DNA of 58,247 nucleotides, from IMG/VR virus record IMGVR_UViG_3300014205_000176; one strand, written 5' to 3'. The notes beneath the pieces are model-generated. The model searched no databases. It was not told the origin of the DNA and saw only the letters and a list, made by a program, of their open reading frames with translations. The position numbers were made by a program, and so were the translations under genes. Shown piece after piece: positions 49,480 through 58,247 of the stretch (positions within the stretch are counted from its first letter, which is position 1; each line of letters begins with the position of its first letter). This stretch comes from a virus (Duplodnaviria; Heunggongvirae; Uroviricota; Caudoviricetes).

Positions 49480-51522
49480 ATGGCGAATATTTCATCTATA
49501 GACAGTATATTAGGAAAAATACCACAGAAATATCATTCTAATATTAAGATTACGTCATTCAATGGTAGGCGTTCACAAATTTTATATACAAATTTTGTGT
49601 GTGGTTGTATATCTAAAATAACATTTGAGGATCTTTTTAAGAGATCACAATTAGATTATTGTAACAAGTGTATTCCTCATAAAAAAGAAGATTTAAATTT
49701 TTTTCTCAATAAAATTCCAGAAAAATATAGAAATAACATTTGTATAATAGGTGATTATATAGGTGCTAAAACTAAGATCAATTACATTAATTATATCTGT
49801 GGGTGTAATTCTGAAGAGATTTTGATAAATCTTACTAAAAGAAAACAATTTGATTATTGTCTTGGTTGTAGTCAAATTAAGAGTTATGAGATTTATTTAG
49901 ACAAAATACCAGAAAAGTATAGAGAAAATATTAGATTTATTTCTGGTAGTGGTCATAATTCTATTATCGAATATACAAACCCTTTATGTGGATGTGTGGA
50001 GAAGACTACTTTTACAAAAATCTCTCAAAGAGATCAGTTAGATTATTGTAAATTATGCTTGTTACACAAAAAATTTGATTTAGATTATTATATTTCTAAA
50101 ATCAACAATAGAAATATAGCTAATATTTCTGTTATTGGAGAACTAAATGGAAGGATGACACAAGTCAATGTTACATTTATATGTGGTCATTCTAATATAT
50201 TTAGTCTTGGATACCTATTAGATCATTGCTGTTTGTGTAATAAATGCAATAAAAATAGATTCAAACCATTAGATTATTATATAAATAAATTGCCAGAAAA
50301 ATATAAGAAAAATGTTGTGTTGGATGGTAATTATAATGGAATATATTCAAAGATTATTTATAAATATCTATGCGGATGTAGTGTTAAGACTAAATTAATC
50401 TATTTACTACAAAAAAAGGAATTGGATTATTGTATCAATTGTACAGAGCACTTCCGATGCGTCTCAGAGCAGGAAATGATTGATAATTTATCACAACATC
50501 TAAACAATATCATGATTACTTCTGGTTTTCCTGGTAATAGAACCACTATAATTTCCGGGAAGTGTAATACTTGTAATTCAACTTTAGAAGATAGTTATTT
50601 TAATTTGCAGCAATATTATACTAGGAATAAAGGCCAGTGTAAAAATTGTGCGCCGAAAAGTTTTCATCAAAAAGATATTTACAATTTTATTATTGGCATT
50701 TGCCCAGATTCTGTCTTGAATAGTAATAAAATAATTAAATTTCAAAATTATGACTTGAGATTTAAGGAACTAGATATTTATTCTGAATCAAAAAAATTTG
50801 CTATAGAATATAATGGATTGTATTTTCATTCTGAAAAATATAAACATGATAGGTATTATCATTGGAAAAAAACTAAAGCTTGTCGTGACTTGGGAATAAC
50901 TTTATTACATATTTGGGATGATAAATATCTAAAATCACCACATATTTATAAGTCAATCATTAAAGCTAAACTTGGTATATTGAATAATAATAAAATTTTT
51001 GCTAGAAAAACAAGTGTTGTAAATCTTGATAAATTACAAATTAAGCGGTTTTTTGATAGTAATCATTTAGATGGTAATGTTGGATGTATTACTGGGTGGG
51101 GTTTATTTTATGAAGGAAATTTGGTACAAGTCATTTCTGTGAGGCGTGTAAATAAACAAAATACTAAATATAATGGGTTCTTAGAAATTGCTAGAGAAGC
51201 TACTTTAATTGATCATATTGTTGTTGGTGGAGAGTCTAAATTATTGGCTCAAGTGGAAAAATATGCCAGAGATAATGGTTTTATTGGTATTTTGAATTAT
51301 GTAAGTGCTGACTTTGGAGGAATAAAAAATCATAAATGGAAGTTTGTATGCGAAGGAGAAACTCCAGTTTCTTATTTTTATATAAACCATAATTCTTTAG
51401 AAAGAATTTCAAGACAGAAATTACAATTACATAATGGAATTTCCGAGGCTGAACAGGCAAGAACTATGAATTTATTAAGAGTTAATACTAATGTTAATTT
51501 GATTTATAGTTTTAGATTTTGA
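49480..51522 (+). CDS. putative homing endonuclease: six Cys-rich repeats plus a PD-(D/E)XK nuclease domain
   Basis: repeats KIPEKY...CGC...DYCxxC; ELDIY...AIEYNGLYFHS...LLHIWDD; visibly AT-rich. Confidence 0.75.
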   Translation: MANISSIDSILGKIPQKYHSNIKITSFNGRRSQILYTNFVCGCISKITFEDLFKRSQLDYCNKCIPHKKEDLNFFLNKIPEKYRNNICIIGDYIGAKTKINYINYICGCNSEEILINLTKRKQFDYCLGCSQIKSYEIYLDKIPEKYRENIRFISGSGHNSIIEYTNPLCGCVEKTTFTKISQRDQLDYCKLCLLHKKFDLDYYISKINNRNIANISVIGELNGRMTQVNVTFICGHSNIFSLGYLLDHCCLCNKCNKNRFKPLDYYINKLPEKYKKNVVLDGNYNGIYSKIIYKYLCGCSVKTKLIYLLQKKELDYCINCTEHFRCVSEQEMIDNLSQHLNNIMITSGFPGNRTTIISGKCNTCNSTLEDSYFNLQQYYTRNKGQCKNCAPKSFHQKDIYNFIIGICPDSVLNSNKIIKFQNYDLRFKELDIYSESKKFAIEYNGLYFHSEKYKHDRYYHWKKTKACRDLGITLLHIWDDKYLKSPHIYKSIIKAKLGILNNNKIFARKTSVVNLDKLQIKRFFDSNHLDGNVGCITGWGLFYEGNLVQVISVRRVNKQNTKYNGFLEIAREATLIDHIVVGGESKLLAQVEKYARDNGFIGILNYVSADFGGIKNHKWKFVCEGETPVSYFYINHNSLERISRQKLQLHNGISEAEQARTMNLLRVNTNVNLIYSFRF

Positions 51523-51571
51523 TTATTAAACATATATTTAGTCGAGGAAAGCTTTCATGGAATGATCATAA

Positions 51572-51799
51572 ATGATGATAAACGACGAAGATCTACAAAA
51601 AATTAAAGAGATTATTGATTCTTGGGATTGTGTCTTTCTTCCAAAAGAGCATGGCCCATATACCGTATCTTTGGTTGATGAAAAAGATCCTACTGGAATG
51701 GTGGAATTCAAAGATCGTAATGGTATTCCTAGAATGCAATTGCCAAGAGAAGATTACGATTCTATCAAGGAATATAGAGAAAGTGAAATAGGACTATGA
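51572..51799 (+). CDS. hypothetical protein
   Basis: 75-aa ORF. Confidence 0.55.
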   Translation: MMINDEDLQKIKEIIDSWDCVFLPKEHGPYTVSLVDEKDPTGMVEFKDRNGIPRMQLPREDYDSIKEYRESEIGL

Positions 51800-51820
51800 C
51801 CGACAAAAAAAGATTCGGGC

Positions 51821-52090
51821 GTGAAGTATTTTTTAGACACAGAGTTCATCGAAGACGGCGTGACAATTGATCTGATTTCGATCGGGATTGTGTCTGACGA
51901 TGGTCGCGAGTTCTACGCCTGCAACCGTGACGCTCATTTTCCTATGTTTTGTATGGATTTGAAACAGTTATCAATTCACAAGGGTAGTCCCAAAAACCCA
52001 CCAGATTTGGAGGGGGAGCACAACGCGCTTGCTGATGCGCGCTGGAATCGTGATCTTCACAGCATGCTCGTAGGAATGCCGTGGAAGTAG
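51821..52090 (+). pseudogene. Rv2179c-like DEDDh 3'-5' exoribonuclease with a large in-frame internal deletion
   Basis: YFLDTEFIEDG..IDLISIGIV joined almost directly to FPMFCMDLKQ...EHNALADARWN; only 89 aa. Confidence 0.7.
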
Positions 52091-52128
52091 GGACTTAAGG
52101 CGTAAAGAAGAGCGTCAGGGGTTTAGCG

Positions 52129-52410
52129 ATGGTCAACAGAGCAATCATGGAACTGCGGGATTTTCCCGATCATTCGGACAGCATCTTTGGAGATCGAAGG
52201 GCTGTTTGCAAGCGTTGCCATTGCGTGATGCGAGATTGCGAAGGGTCAACTCGCTTTGGGGAGTTCTATCACCCAGGGCAGGATAAAGAAGGCAAGCCTC
52301 ATTGGTGCCCGAATGCCAACAAGTCTTTCAATACCTCTGATGCTGAGATCGAGCCGTTCCTTCGTAAGCGGGATAGGCGGCGCAATAAGAGGTTGGGTAT
52401 TCGGCCATAG
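52129..52410 (+). CDS. hypothetical Cys-containing protein
   Basis: 93-aa ORF with CKRC. Confidence 0.6.
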   Translation: MVNRAIMELRDFPDHSDSIFGDRRAVCKRCHCVMRDCEGSTRFGEFYHPGQDKEGKPHWCPNANKSFNTSDAEIEPFLRKRDRRRNKRLGIRP

Positions 52411-52418
52411 GAGATATC

Positions 52419-53096
52419 ATGATCATTGGAGTTACAGGACAATGTGCAGATTCATTAGGACGCAAGAGGATTGCAGGGGCCGGCAAAGACGTGGTGGCCA
52501 AACGTTTGGTTGACAATCACCATTTCCTTTCTTTGGCATGGGCAGATCCGTTGAAGCGCTTCTGTCAAGAGGTATACGGATTTCCGGATGAGGCTCTTTG
52601 GGGTGAGAGTGACGCTCGTATCTTGCCGGATGAAAGATACCCTCGCCCAAGCGGTGGATTCCTAACTCCTCGATTCGCTCTTCAATCTCTGGGAACAGAC
52701 TGGGGCCGAAACTGCTATCTGAATACTTGGGTGGATTATGGCATTCGTACCGCCAAGAAGATATTGAGTGGGCAATACTATACTCCTAAGACGGGCTTGC
52801 AGCTGATCAACCAAGGGAATTTCCACCACAGAGTTGATGGTGTAGTGTTCAGTGATGTCCGCTTCATGAATGAGTTGAATGCCATCAAAGAAGCTGGTGG
52901 CAAGGCAATTCGCATCAAACGTCAGATGACCACGCCGTATGACGAGAAGGCGATGAATCTTCTGCATGATAGCGAAACCGAGCTTCCAAATACATCAGAT
53001 GACCTTTTTGATTACATCATTGATAACTCAGGAACTTTGGATGAGTTAATGATAAAGATTGATAATATGGTAGAGGAACTTAGGAGCCATGACTGA
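52419..53096 (+). CDS. deoxynucleoside monophosphate kinase
   Basis: GAGKD, WADPLKR, TPRFALQSLGTDWGR, SDVRFMNE, HDSETEL; SD AGGAG. Confidence 0.9.
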   Translation: MIIGVTGQCADSLGRKRIAGAGKDVVAKRLVDNHHFLSLAWADPLKRFCQEVYGFPDEALWGESDARILPDERYPRPSGGFLTPRFALQSLGTDWGRNCYLNTWVDYGIRTAKKILSGQYYTPKTGLQLINQGNFHHRVDGVVFSDVRFMNELNAIKEAGGKAIRIKRQMTTPYDEKAMNLLHDSETELPNTSDDLFDYIIDNSGTLDELMIKIDNMVEELRSHD

Positions 53097-53457
53097 AACT
53101 GAGCAGATCAATATTATCAGCATGTTCCTTTCGGCATTGATAGTTACTTCTGGCTATCGTACTGCAGTTCCGTTTAATACTCTGAAGTTTGGTGAATTGG
53201 TAACTTCTTTGCCTGATAATCTGTTTGCCAAGAAGTTTACAGTAACCAAAACGCCAGTTGGGCCGCGCTGCCGAGATTTCAGAGAGGGGATTTCTATAGC
53301 TCAGAATTTTGGATTGGTTGTCAGAGATGTAAGCAATCCTCCGACAATTATGCCTAAATTGGATATTGTGCAGGTGGCTGAGTTTGAAAAGGATGCCGAA
53401 CTATTTGATGATGCTAAAAAGTTCGTTACGTTATATCTGGAGCGCACTAAAAGCTGA
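53089..53457 (+). CDS. hypothetical protein
   Basis: 122-aa ORF with SD AGGAG. Confidence 0.7.
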   Translation: MTETEQINIISMFLSALIVTSGYRTAVPFNTLKFGELVTSLPDNLFAKKFTVTKTPVGPRCRDFREGISIAQNFGLVVRDVSNPPTIMPKLDIVQVAEFEKDAELFDDAKKFVTLYLERTKS

Positions 53458-53480
53458 TATGCCAATTATCAGGTATTTTA

Positions 53481-53795
53481 GTGATGCCAATGAAAGTTAC
53501 AAAGCGTATTCAAGAGGAGTACGAGACTCTACTTAGGGACGTTGGCGAAGATCGGTTTTTCTCTCACGTTTTTGGAAATGGGGTCTCGGCTCGAAGACAT
53601 TACGAGTATCCAGAAATTACGATGCTCGAACAGTCTGAGGCTTTCTTTTCGCTTTTTCGCACCTCTGGTGATTCGAATTACTTCACTATAGGTAAAATAT
53701 TACGTAAAGCAGCCCATAAGCTATATAGAGAAGGTAAGCGCAAGAACCCTGGATATCCAACTAACAAGCGGTTCTTGGACTTAGTGGGTAAATGA
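53481..53795 (+). CDS. hypothetical protein
   Basis: 104-aa ORF. Confidence 0.65.
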   Translation: MMPMKVTKRIQEEYETLLRDVGEDRFFSHVFGNGVSARRHYEYPEITMLEQSEAFFSLFRTSGDSNYFTIGKILRKAAHKLYREGKRKNPGYPTNKRFLDLVGK

Positions 53796-53820
53796 ACACC
53801 ACCTATTCTGGTATAAGCTT

Positions 53821-54810
53821 ATGAGTACTATTACAATATCCATCGAAGAATCTCCATTACAGTTGCTTGCCGGTATTCCGTCAACTGTAACGCTGGATAG
53901 TAATACTCCCGCTACAATTTTCTACACCCTAGACGGAACCGAGCCCACCACCGATTCATTAGTAGCCTTGGGTCCAATCGAAATGCCAACGGATAGGGCG
54001 TACGTGGCACTTCGAGCATTTGCCACAGATGGTACAAGTTACAGCCCTATCATCACTCAAGAATACAAAACGAATGTAATTGGTGGCCGCAATCCTCACG
54101 ATACAGCTTACACCCACCAAAGCACAGGCGCGACCTATCCGTTTGGAGATCAAGTTGAATCAGGCGGATGCACCACATTTGGCAACACGGCTGGTGTGAT
54201 TGTTGATGAGCAAGGAGATCCGACGAGGCAGCCCGATGGATATGATGGAACAGCCACAGGAACTGGAGCAGGCTACTACATCCCACCGAAGTCTAAGTAC
54301 CAAGTTCTCTTCTCCGAGACTGATGCAATTGGGCAGACCGGCAAGGGAATTGGAACGATGCCTGGTCGTGTATTGTGGGTGAAGCCGCGAAACGACAACA
54401 CGCGCAAACAGAGCACAAACATGCAGAGGCCGCTCTTTGATCCAAAGGCCTTGGTCATTTTCCAGGATTCTAGTGAAGAGCCGTACGACCCGAGCGTTCC
54501 AAAGATCAATAGGCCGTATTTCGACTTAGAGGATCAGGCGAAGGCGCGTGATGGTTCGATGTTGACAATTACCGACGCCATCACTCCTGCCGGTAGCTTT
54601 CTGAAGGCTCATTACAACCCAACTCATAATACGATGACGTATTACTACTATGATAATAGGGTTTCTAGATGGATTATATCTACAGAGCCGTATCATCAAA
54701 ATCAGAATCCTACATCTAACTTAGCCGGTATTGTTACGAGGTCGAGTAGAGGACAGGGCGTTGGTATGATCTTTAAATGGATTCCGTTCAAGTATCGACG
54801 GCTCACATAA
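53821..54810 (+). CDS. protein with an N-terminal Fn3-associated/chitobiase-like beta domain, possibly virion-associated
   Basis: TIFYTLDGTEPT...LRAFATDG. Confidence 0.7.
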   Translation: MSTITISIEESPLQLLAGIPSTVTLDSNTPATIFYTLDGTEPTTDSLVALGPIEMPTDRAYVALRAFATDGTSYSPIITQEYKTNVIGGRNPHDTAYTHQSTGATYPFGDQVESGGCTTFGNTAGVIVDEQGDPTRQPDGYDGTATGTGAGYYIPPKSKYQVLFSETDAIGQTGKGIGTMPGRVLWVKPRNDNTRKQSTNMQRPLFDPKALVIFQDSSEEPYDPSVPKINRPYFDLEDQAKARDGSMLTITDAITPAGSFLKAHYNPTHNTMTYYYYDNRVSRWIISTEPYHQNQNPTSNLAGIVTRSSRGQGVGMIFKWIPFKYRRLT

Positions 54811-54823
54811 AGGCCATAATATA

Positions 54824-55660
54824 ATGTTAGTTACCGCGTGTCTCTTATCTTTCAAAGACGAGACTGATACAGACCTAAGCTTATCTGTCAGCAAAACCAA
54901 AACATTTGAGGACTGCAAAGCCAAATTTAAATTTTGCTACATTGATAAGTTACCTCGGATAGAGCGTGACTTTCATACTTTTGGAAAGTACCTTCATCAG
55001 GTTTTGGAAAACTTTCACAAAGCGCTCATCGAAATGCCTTCACGCCGCGATGATTGGTTGATTGTGCTCGATGAAGCTTGGGACGCTGCCTACAAAGAGT
55101 ACGAAGATAAGATGACCGGCCTTCAATACAAGGAGGCTAGGGAGATCGTTGAAGAGTACAAAGCGCTCCTAAAGGAGGAGGGTCTACCGACCGTGATTGC
55201 GGTTGAGAAGCCGTTTTATGTCAATCTTAATAACAAGGTCTTGCTGAATGGATTTATTGACAGGGTGCAAATTGATCCTGATGGAATGGTCCATGTCGCA
55301 GATTATAAGACCACAAAGGACCCAAAGTATCTGAAGGACTTCTTTCAGGTAATGACATATTGCTATGCTTTATGTCTTGAAGATCCTTCGATCAAGAGAT
55401 TCAGAGCGTCGTTTATTCTATTGCGACATAACTTTGATTATCTTACACAGGAATTTACTAGAGAAGAAGTAATTTCTGTGGCCGAGAAGTTTATCAAGGC
55501 TGCATCCAATATCGAAGAAGAGAAATTGTGGAGACCAAATCCGCAGTTCTTATGTAAATACTGTGATTATCTAGACCACTGCAAATCTGGTAAGGATTAC
55601 TTGACCAAAAAGGGTGTTCTGGAAAAGAAGAAACCTACTGTCGGAATAAGGAAGTGGTAA
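54824..55660 (+). CDS. PD-(D/E)XK RecB/Cas4-like exonuclease
   Basis: LSVSK...FEDC, FGKYLH, GFIDRV, VADYKT, Q...Y, CKYCDY..HC. Confidence 0.88.
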   Translation: MLVTACLLSFKDETDTDLSLSVSKTKTFEDCKAKFKFCYIDKLPRIERDFHTFGKYLHQVLENFHKALIEMPSRRDDWLIVLDEAWDAAYKEYEDKMTGLQYKEAREIVEEYKALLKEEGLPTVIAVEKPFYVNLNNKVLLNGFIDRVQIDPDGMVHVADYKTTKDPKYLKDFFQVMTYCYALCLEDPSIKRFRASFILLRHNFDYLTQEFTREEVISVAEKFIKAASNIEEEKLWRPNPQFLCKYCDYLDHCKSGKDYLTKKGVLEKKKPTVGIRKW

Positions 55661-55662
55661 TT

Positions 55663-56985
55663 ATGCAAGACGCCGCAATTGTTGAGAAGGAAACCGCAGC
55701 TGTTTCCGAACCTTGGAGCGCAGACACTAGCCTCCCGCCAATCCCTGGAGAGGTAAAGTTCCCCATCGTAAAGATCCTTGAGGAACCTGAGTATTGCAAG
55801 CTCAAGGTTCATTATGAAGCTGATCCGGAAGTTGTGATTGGAAAGATTGATGAGGCTGTTGCCGAGTGCCGCAAGCTTCAAGTGCCAGGATTCCGGAAGG
55901 GTAAAGCCCCTGACCAGGCGATCAAGATCCGGTTGCGTCCGCAAATCAACCAGTACGTTGTCCGAGAGATGGCCACTCACGCCATCGACGACATCATCTT
56001 CGAAACTAACATCAAGCCAATTGGGCAGCCGAAGTTCAGCGACATCAAGGTTTCAAAGAACAATTTCGCTTGCGATGTTGAGTTGACCAAGAAACCAGAG
56101 TTTGAACTTTGTGAGCTCAAATTCGAAGTGGCTAAACCAGTTCTAGAAACAGATGAAGAGGCATTGGCAGAAAAGTCTTTGTACAATCTTCGTCTGCGGA
56201 TGGGGGAAATTCAGCCATATGAAGAGAATGATTTGGTCGAGAATGGTGACCAGGTGACATTTTCTTTCGTAGCAACCATTGAGGGTGAACCCTTTGATGG
56301 AAGTACTGTTGAAGGAGAAATGTATACGGTTGGATCAAATCGCTGGACTGGATTTGATCAGAATCTCTTAAGAATGAAAGCGGAAGATGTCCGTGATTTT
56401 GAATTCAAGTTTGAAGATGGGCCATTGTCTGGAAAGACAGCTAAGTTCTCTGTGACAATTCATATGGGAACGAAGAACAAGCCACATCCGTTAAACGAAG
56501 AGTTCTATCAGATTATGGGAGTGCAGAATGTTGAAGAACTTCTCAACAAGTTGCGTTCAATATCTAAGATGTCAATTGAGCGCAGCAGGCAAGATGCTAT
56601 TCGTGCTCAGGTTGCGTCTCAGCTTCTGGACAAAAACAAGTTTGAGATTCCTAAGTTCATTATCGAAGACGAGGCAAGGTACATATCTTCTAGGGAAGGT
56701 ATCTCCTTCACTACACTTCCAGATGGAGAAAAGGCAAAGTTTCTTGAGCAGGCGGAAAGAAATGCTCGCCTATCCTTGATTCTTGATTCAATTCGCGAAA
56801 GTGAGCCTGACTCGGTTCTCAATGAGATCGAAGCTAGGAACATGCTCACGAGTCATATTCAAGCACAGGGAGGGGATCCGGCGCGTATCTTCAACAACCC
56901 TGCTCATGCGGCCATGCTGTTAAATTCCATCAAAGATGAGTTCACTCTGCAATGGGTAGCTGATAAAGCCACCATTATCGAATAA
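55663..56985 (+). CDS. tig: trigger factor
   Basis: ribosome-binding signature VPGFRKGKAP; FKBP-like middle domain; helical C-terminal domain. Confidence 0.88.
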   Translation: MQDAAIVEKETAAVSEPWSADTSLPPIPGEVKFPIVKILEEPEYCKLKVHYEADPEVVIGKIDEAVAECRKLQVPGFRKGKAPDQAIKIRLRPQINQYVVREMATHAIDDIIFETNIKPIGQPKFSDIKVSKNNFACDVELTKKPEFELCELKFEVAKPVLETDEEALAEKSLYNLRLRMGEIQPYEENDLVENGDQVTFSFVATIEGEPFDGSTVEGEMYTVGSNRWTGFDQNLLRMKAEDVRDFEFKFEDGPLSGKTAKFSVTIHMGTKNKPHPLNEEFYQIMGVQNVEELLNKLRSISKMSIERSRQDAIRAQVASQLLDKNKFEIPKFIIEDEARYISSREGISFTTLPDGEKAKFLEQAERNARLSLILDSIRESEPDSVLNEIEARNMLTSHIQAQGGDPARIFNNPAHAAMLLNSIKDEFTLQWVADKATIIE

Positions 56986-57031
56986 TTCGGTGTCTTAGCA
57001 AGACCAAAAGATAAAGAAAGAGGTATTAAAT

Positions 57032-57367
57032 ATGGCTAGACCAAAAGGTAAGAAGACTTCAACGGCTCCTGATGGGTTTCCTGAGAAGGCTTGGAACAAA
57101 TTGAGTGAAACTTGGAGGGACGCTGCGCAGGCGAAACAGACTGATGAACTTGAGCGAGAGATCATCAAGGCTGTCCGAAATATGTCCAACACATCTTTTG
57201 ACATGAAGAATGATGATAAACTCAAGGCACTGGCGGACAAGTTGAAGGAAGATCGGTCTTTCTACACTGAGACCATCGATATTGAAAAGGCAAAGGTAGA
57301 TTTCTGCGTATTCCTTTTCAACTCTCGTGGCATGCCGGTGACTGTAAACACTGACGGGGATACATGA
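57032..57367 (+). CDS. hypothetical protein
   Basis: 111-aa ORF with SD GAGG. Confidence 0.7.
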   Translation: MARPKGKKTSTAPDGFPEKAWNKLSETWRDAAQAKQTDELEREIIKAVRNMSNTSFDMKNDDKLKALADKLKEDRSFYTETIDIEKAKVDFCVFLFNSRGMPVTVNTDGDT

Positions 57368-57648
57368 AAAGAACACTAGTAAAGTCTTGTTGCGGTAGTA
57401 AGGGGTATGTTTTTGAACTAGATGCACCACTATCTAAGAATGCTTTGGCCACGTTCAAGCAGGAGGGATTTACTTCCTCCGAGACTTATACTAGGGTTGG
57501 TGTCTTCTATGTCGAAAAGAACGGGCTAACCGCAACTGGCCCGTATGGTGGAACGAAAATTCAGGTTCGTTGTAGCGGATCTGCAAACTGTGCTCAACTA
57601 TTGGATAATCTTGAGAATACTTTCAAGATGGCTTACATAAACCCATGA
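57364..57648 (+). CDS. hypothetical protein
   Basis: 94-aa ORF, ATGA overlap. Confidence 0.65.
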   Translation: MKRTLVKSCCGSKGYVFELDAPLSKNALATFKQEGFTSSETYTRVGVFYVEKNGLTATGPYGGTKIQVRCSGSANCAQLLDNLENTFKMAYINP

Positions 57649-57649
57649 T

Positions 57650-57673
57650 GGCCCAGTATGCTGGGACTGGGAC
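57650..57673 (+). promoter_or_regulatory. motif B copy (GGCCCAGTATGCTGGGAC, followed by a second TGGGAC)
   Basis: CCCAG-TATG-CTGGG inverted repeat before the ATG at 57689. Confidence 0.5.
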
Positions 57674-57688
57674 AGATCTAGTTTCATT

Positions 57689-58042
57689 ATGTCAAATTTC
57701 ATAAATAATCTACTTATTGATCTTGAAAACTTCGAACCAGAAACCCTGAGTGGAATTGTTTCTTTCGTCAGGAATCACTGTGATTATAGCAAAATTACTA
57801 TGCTGGTTCGCAACAGCAGCAAGTCAGCCAAGACTCTTTTGAATGAGTGTTTATGTCTCATTGCAGAGAATAATCCCATTTCAGATATTCAGCTAGCTGG
57901 CCTGCTGGTGATTGTGGCAGACGTAGATTGCGAACTGTATACGGAATTGGTGTCGAGTACCTCGGATGGAATCGGTAATTATCACTGGTCGCGTGGGATG
58001 GCGGCCAGTTACCTACTTCAAAAAGAATTGAAAGTAGCTTGA
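57689..58042 (+). CDS. hypothetical protein
   Basis: 117-aa ORF. Confidence 0.6.
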   Translation: MSNFINNLLIDLENFEPETLSGIVSFVRNHCDYSKITMLVRNSSKSAKTLLNECLCLIAENNPISDIQLAGLLVIVADVDCELYTELVSSTSDGIGNYHWSRGMAASYLLQKELKVA

Positions 58043-58089
58043 GTTATGGAAAAGGAAATTACTGACGCTGGGACATAAAGAGGTACTCG

Positions 58090-58247
58090 GTGAGACAATT
58101 CGTCAATCTGCATAGTCATACTATTGGTTCAATCGGTGATAGCATAATTTTGCCTCGCGAGTTGATTGAGGCAACTAAAGAGGTTGGGCAAACAGCGGTT
58201 GCCGTAACCGATCATGGTTCCTGTTCGTCCCTATGGGAGGCATACAA
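58090..58247 (+). CDS. dnaE: DNA polymerase III alpha subunit, PHP domain (5' part; truncated by the window edge)
   Basis: GTG start with SD GAGG; MRQFVNLHSHTIGSIGDS...AVAVTDHG. Confidence 0.85.
   Translation, partial: MRQFVNLHSHTIGSIGDSIILPRELIEATKEVGQTAVAVTDHGSCSSLWEAY

Noticed and set aside
54824-55660. Cas4 as evidence of a CRISPR-Cas system
   Set aside because: Solo RecB/Cas4-like nucleases are common in phages; no cas1/cas2 or array is present in the window.

Overview
This 58 kb window looks like part of a large (jumbo-type) bacteriophage genome in the standard genetic code. It is densely coding and almost entirely on the + strand; hsp20 and a Dda/RecD-like helicase are on the - strand. 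No capsid, terminase or rRNA genes are seen, and the host cannot be determined. Replication, repair and nucleotide genes: Dda-like helicase, TopA, SbcCD, a stand-alone primase Zn finger, the start of DnaE, dUTPase, UDG, dNMP kinase and two DNA methyltransferases. Host-like translation and proteostasis genes: bS21, IF-3, peptide deformylase, trigger factor, ClpP, Hsp20 and thioredoxin. Regulators: DksA/TraR, two HU/IHF-like proteins and a possible sigma-like protein. Selfish elements: three LAGLIDADG inteins, HNH and PD-(D/E)XK homing-type nucleases, and a ~245-bp miniature IS200/IS605 (tnpB) element. The most unusual features are: (i) at 122-517, tRNA modules enclosed in Y-RNA-like (Ro60/Rsr-binding-type) stems and sharing an exact 13-nt motif, CTTACACGCAATT; (ii) a protein carrying only the tRNA-binding coiled coil of the PheRS alpha subunit; (iii) a five-copy GTAG-footed hairpin just upstream of start codons, including that of IF-3; (iv) the mini-tnpB element inserted in the last codons of the helicase, supplying its stop codon. 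All calls come from motif recognition by eye; no database searches or folding programs were run.
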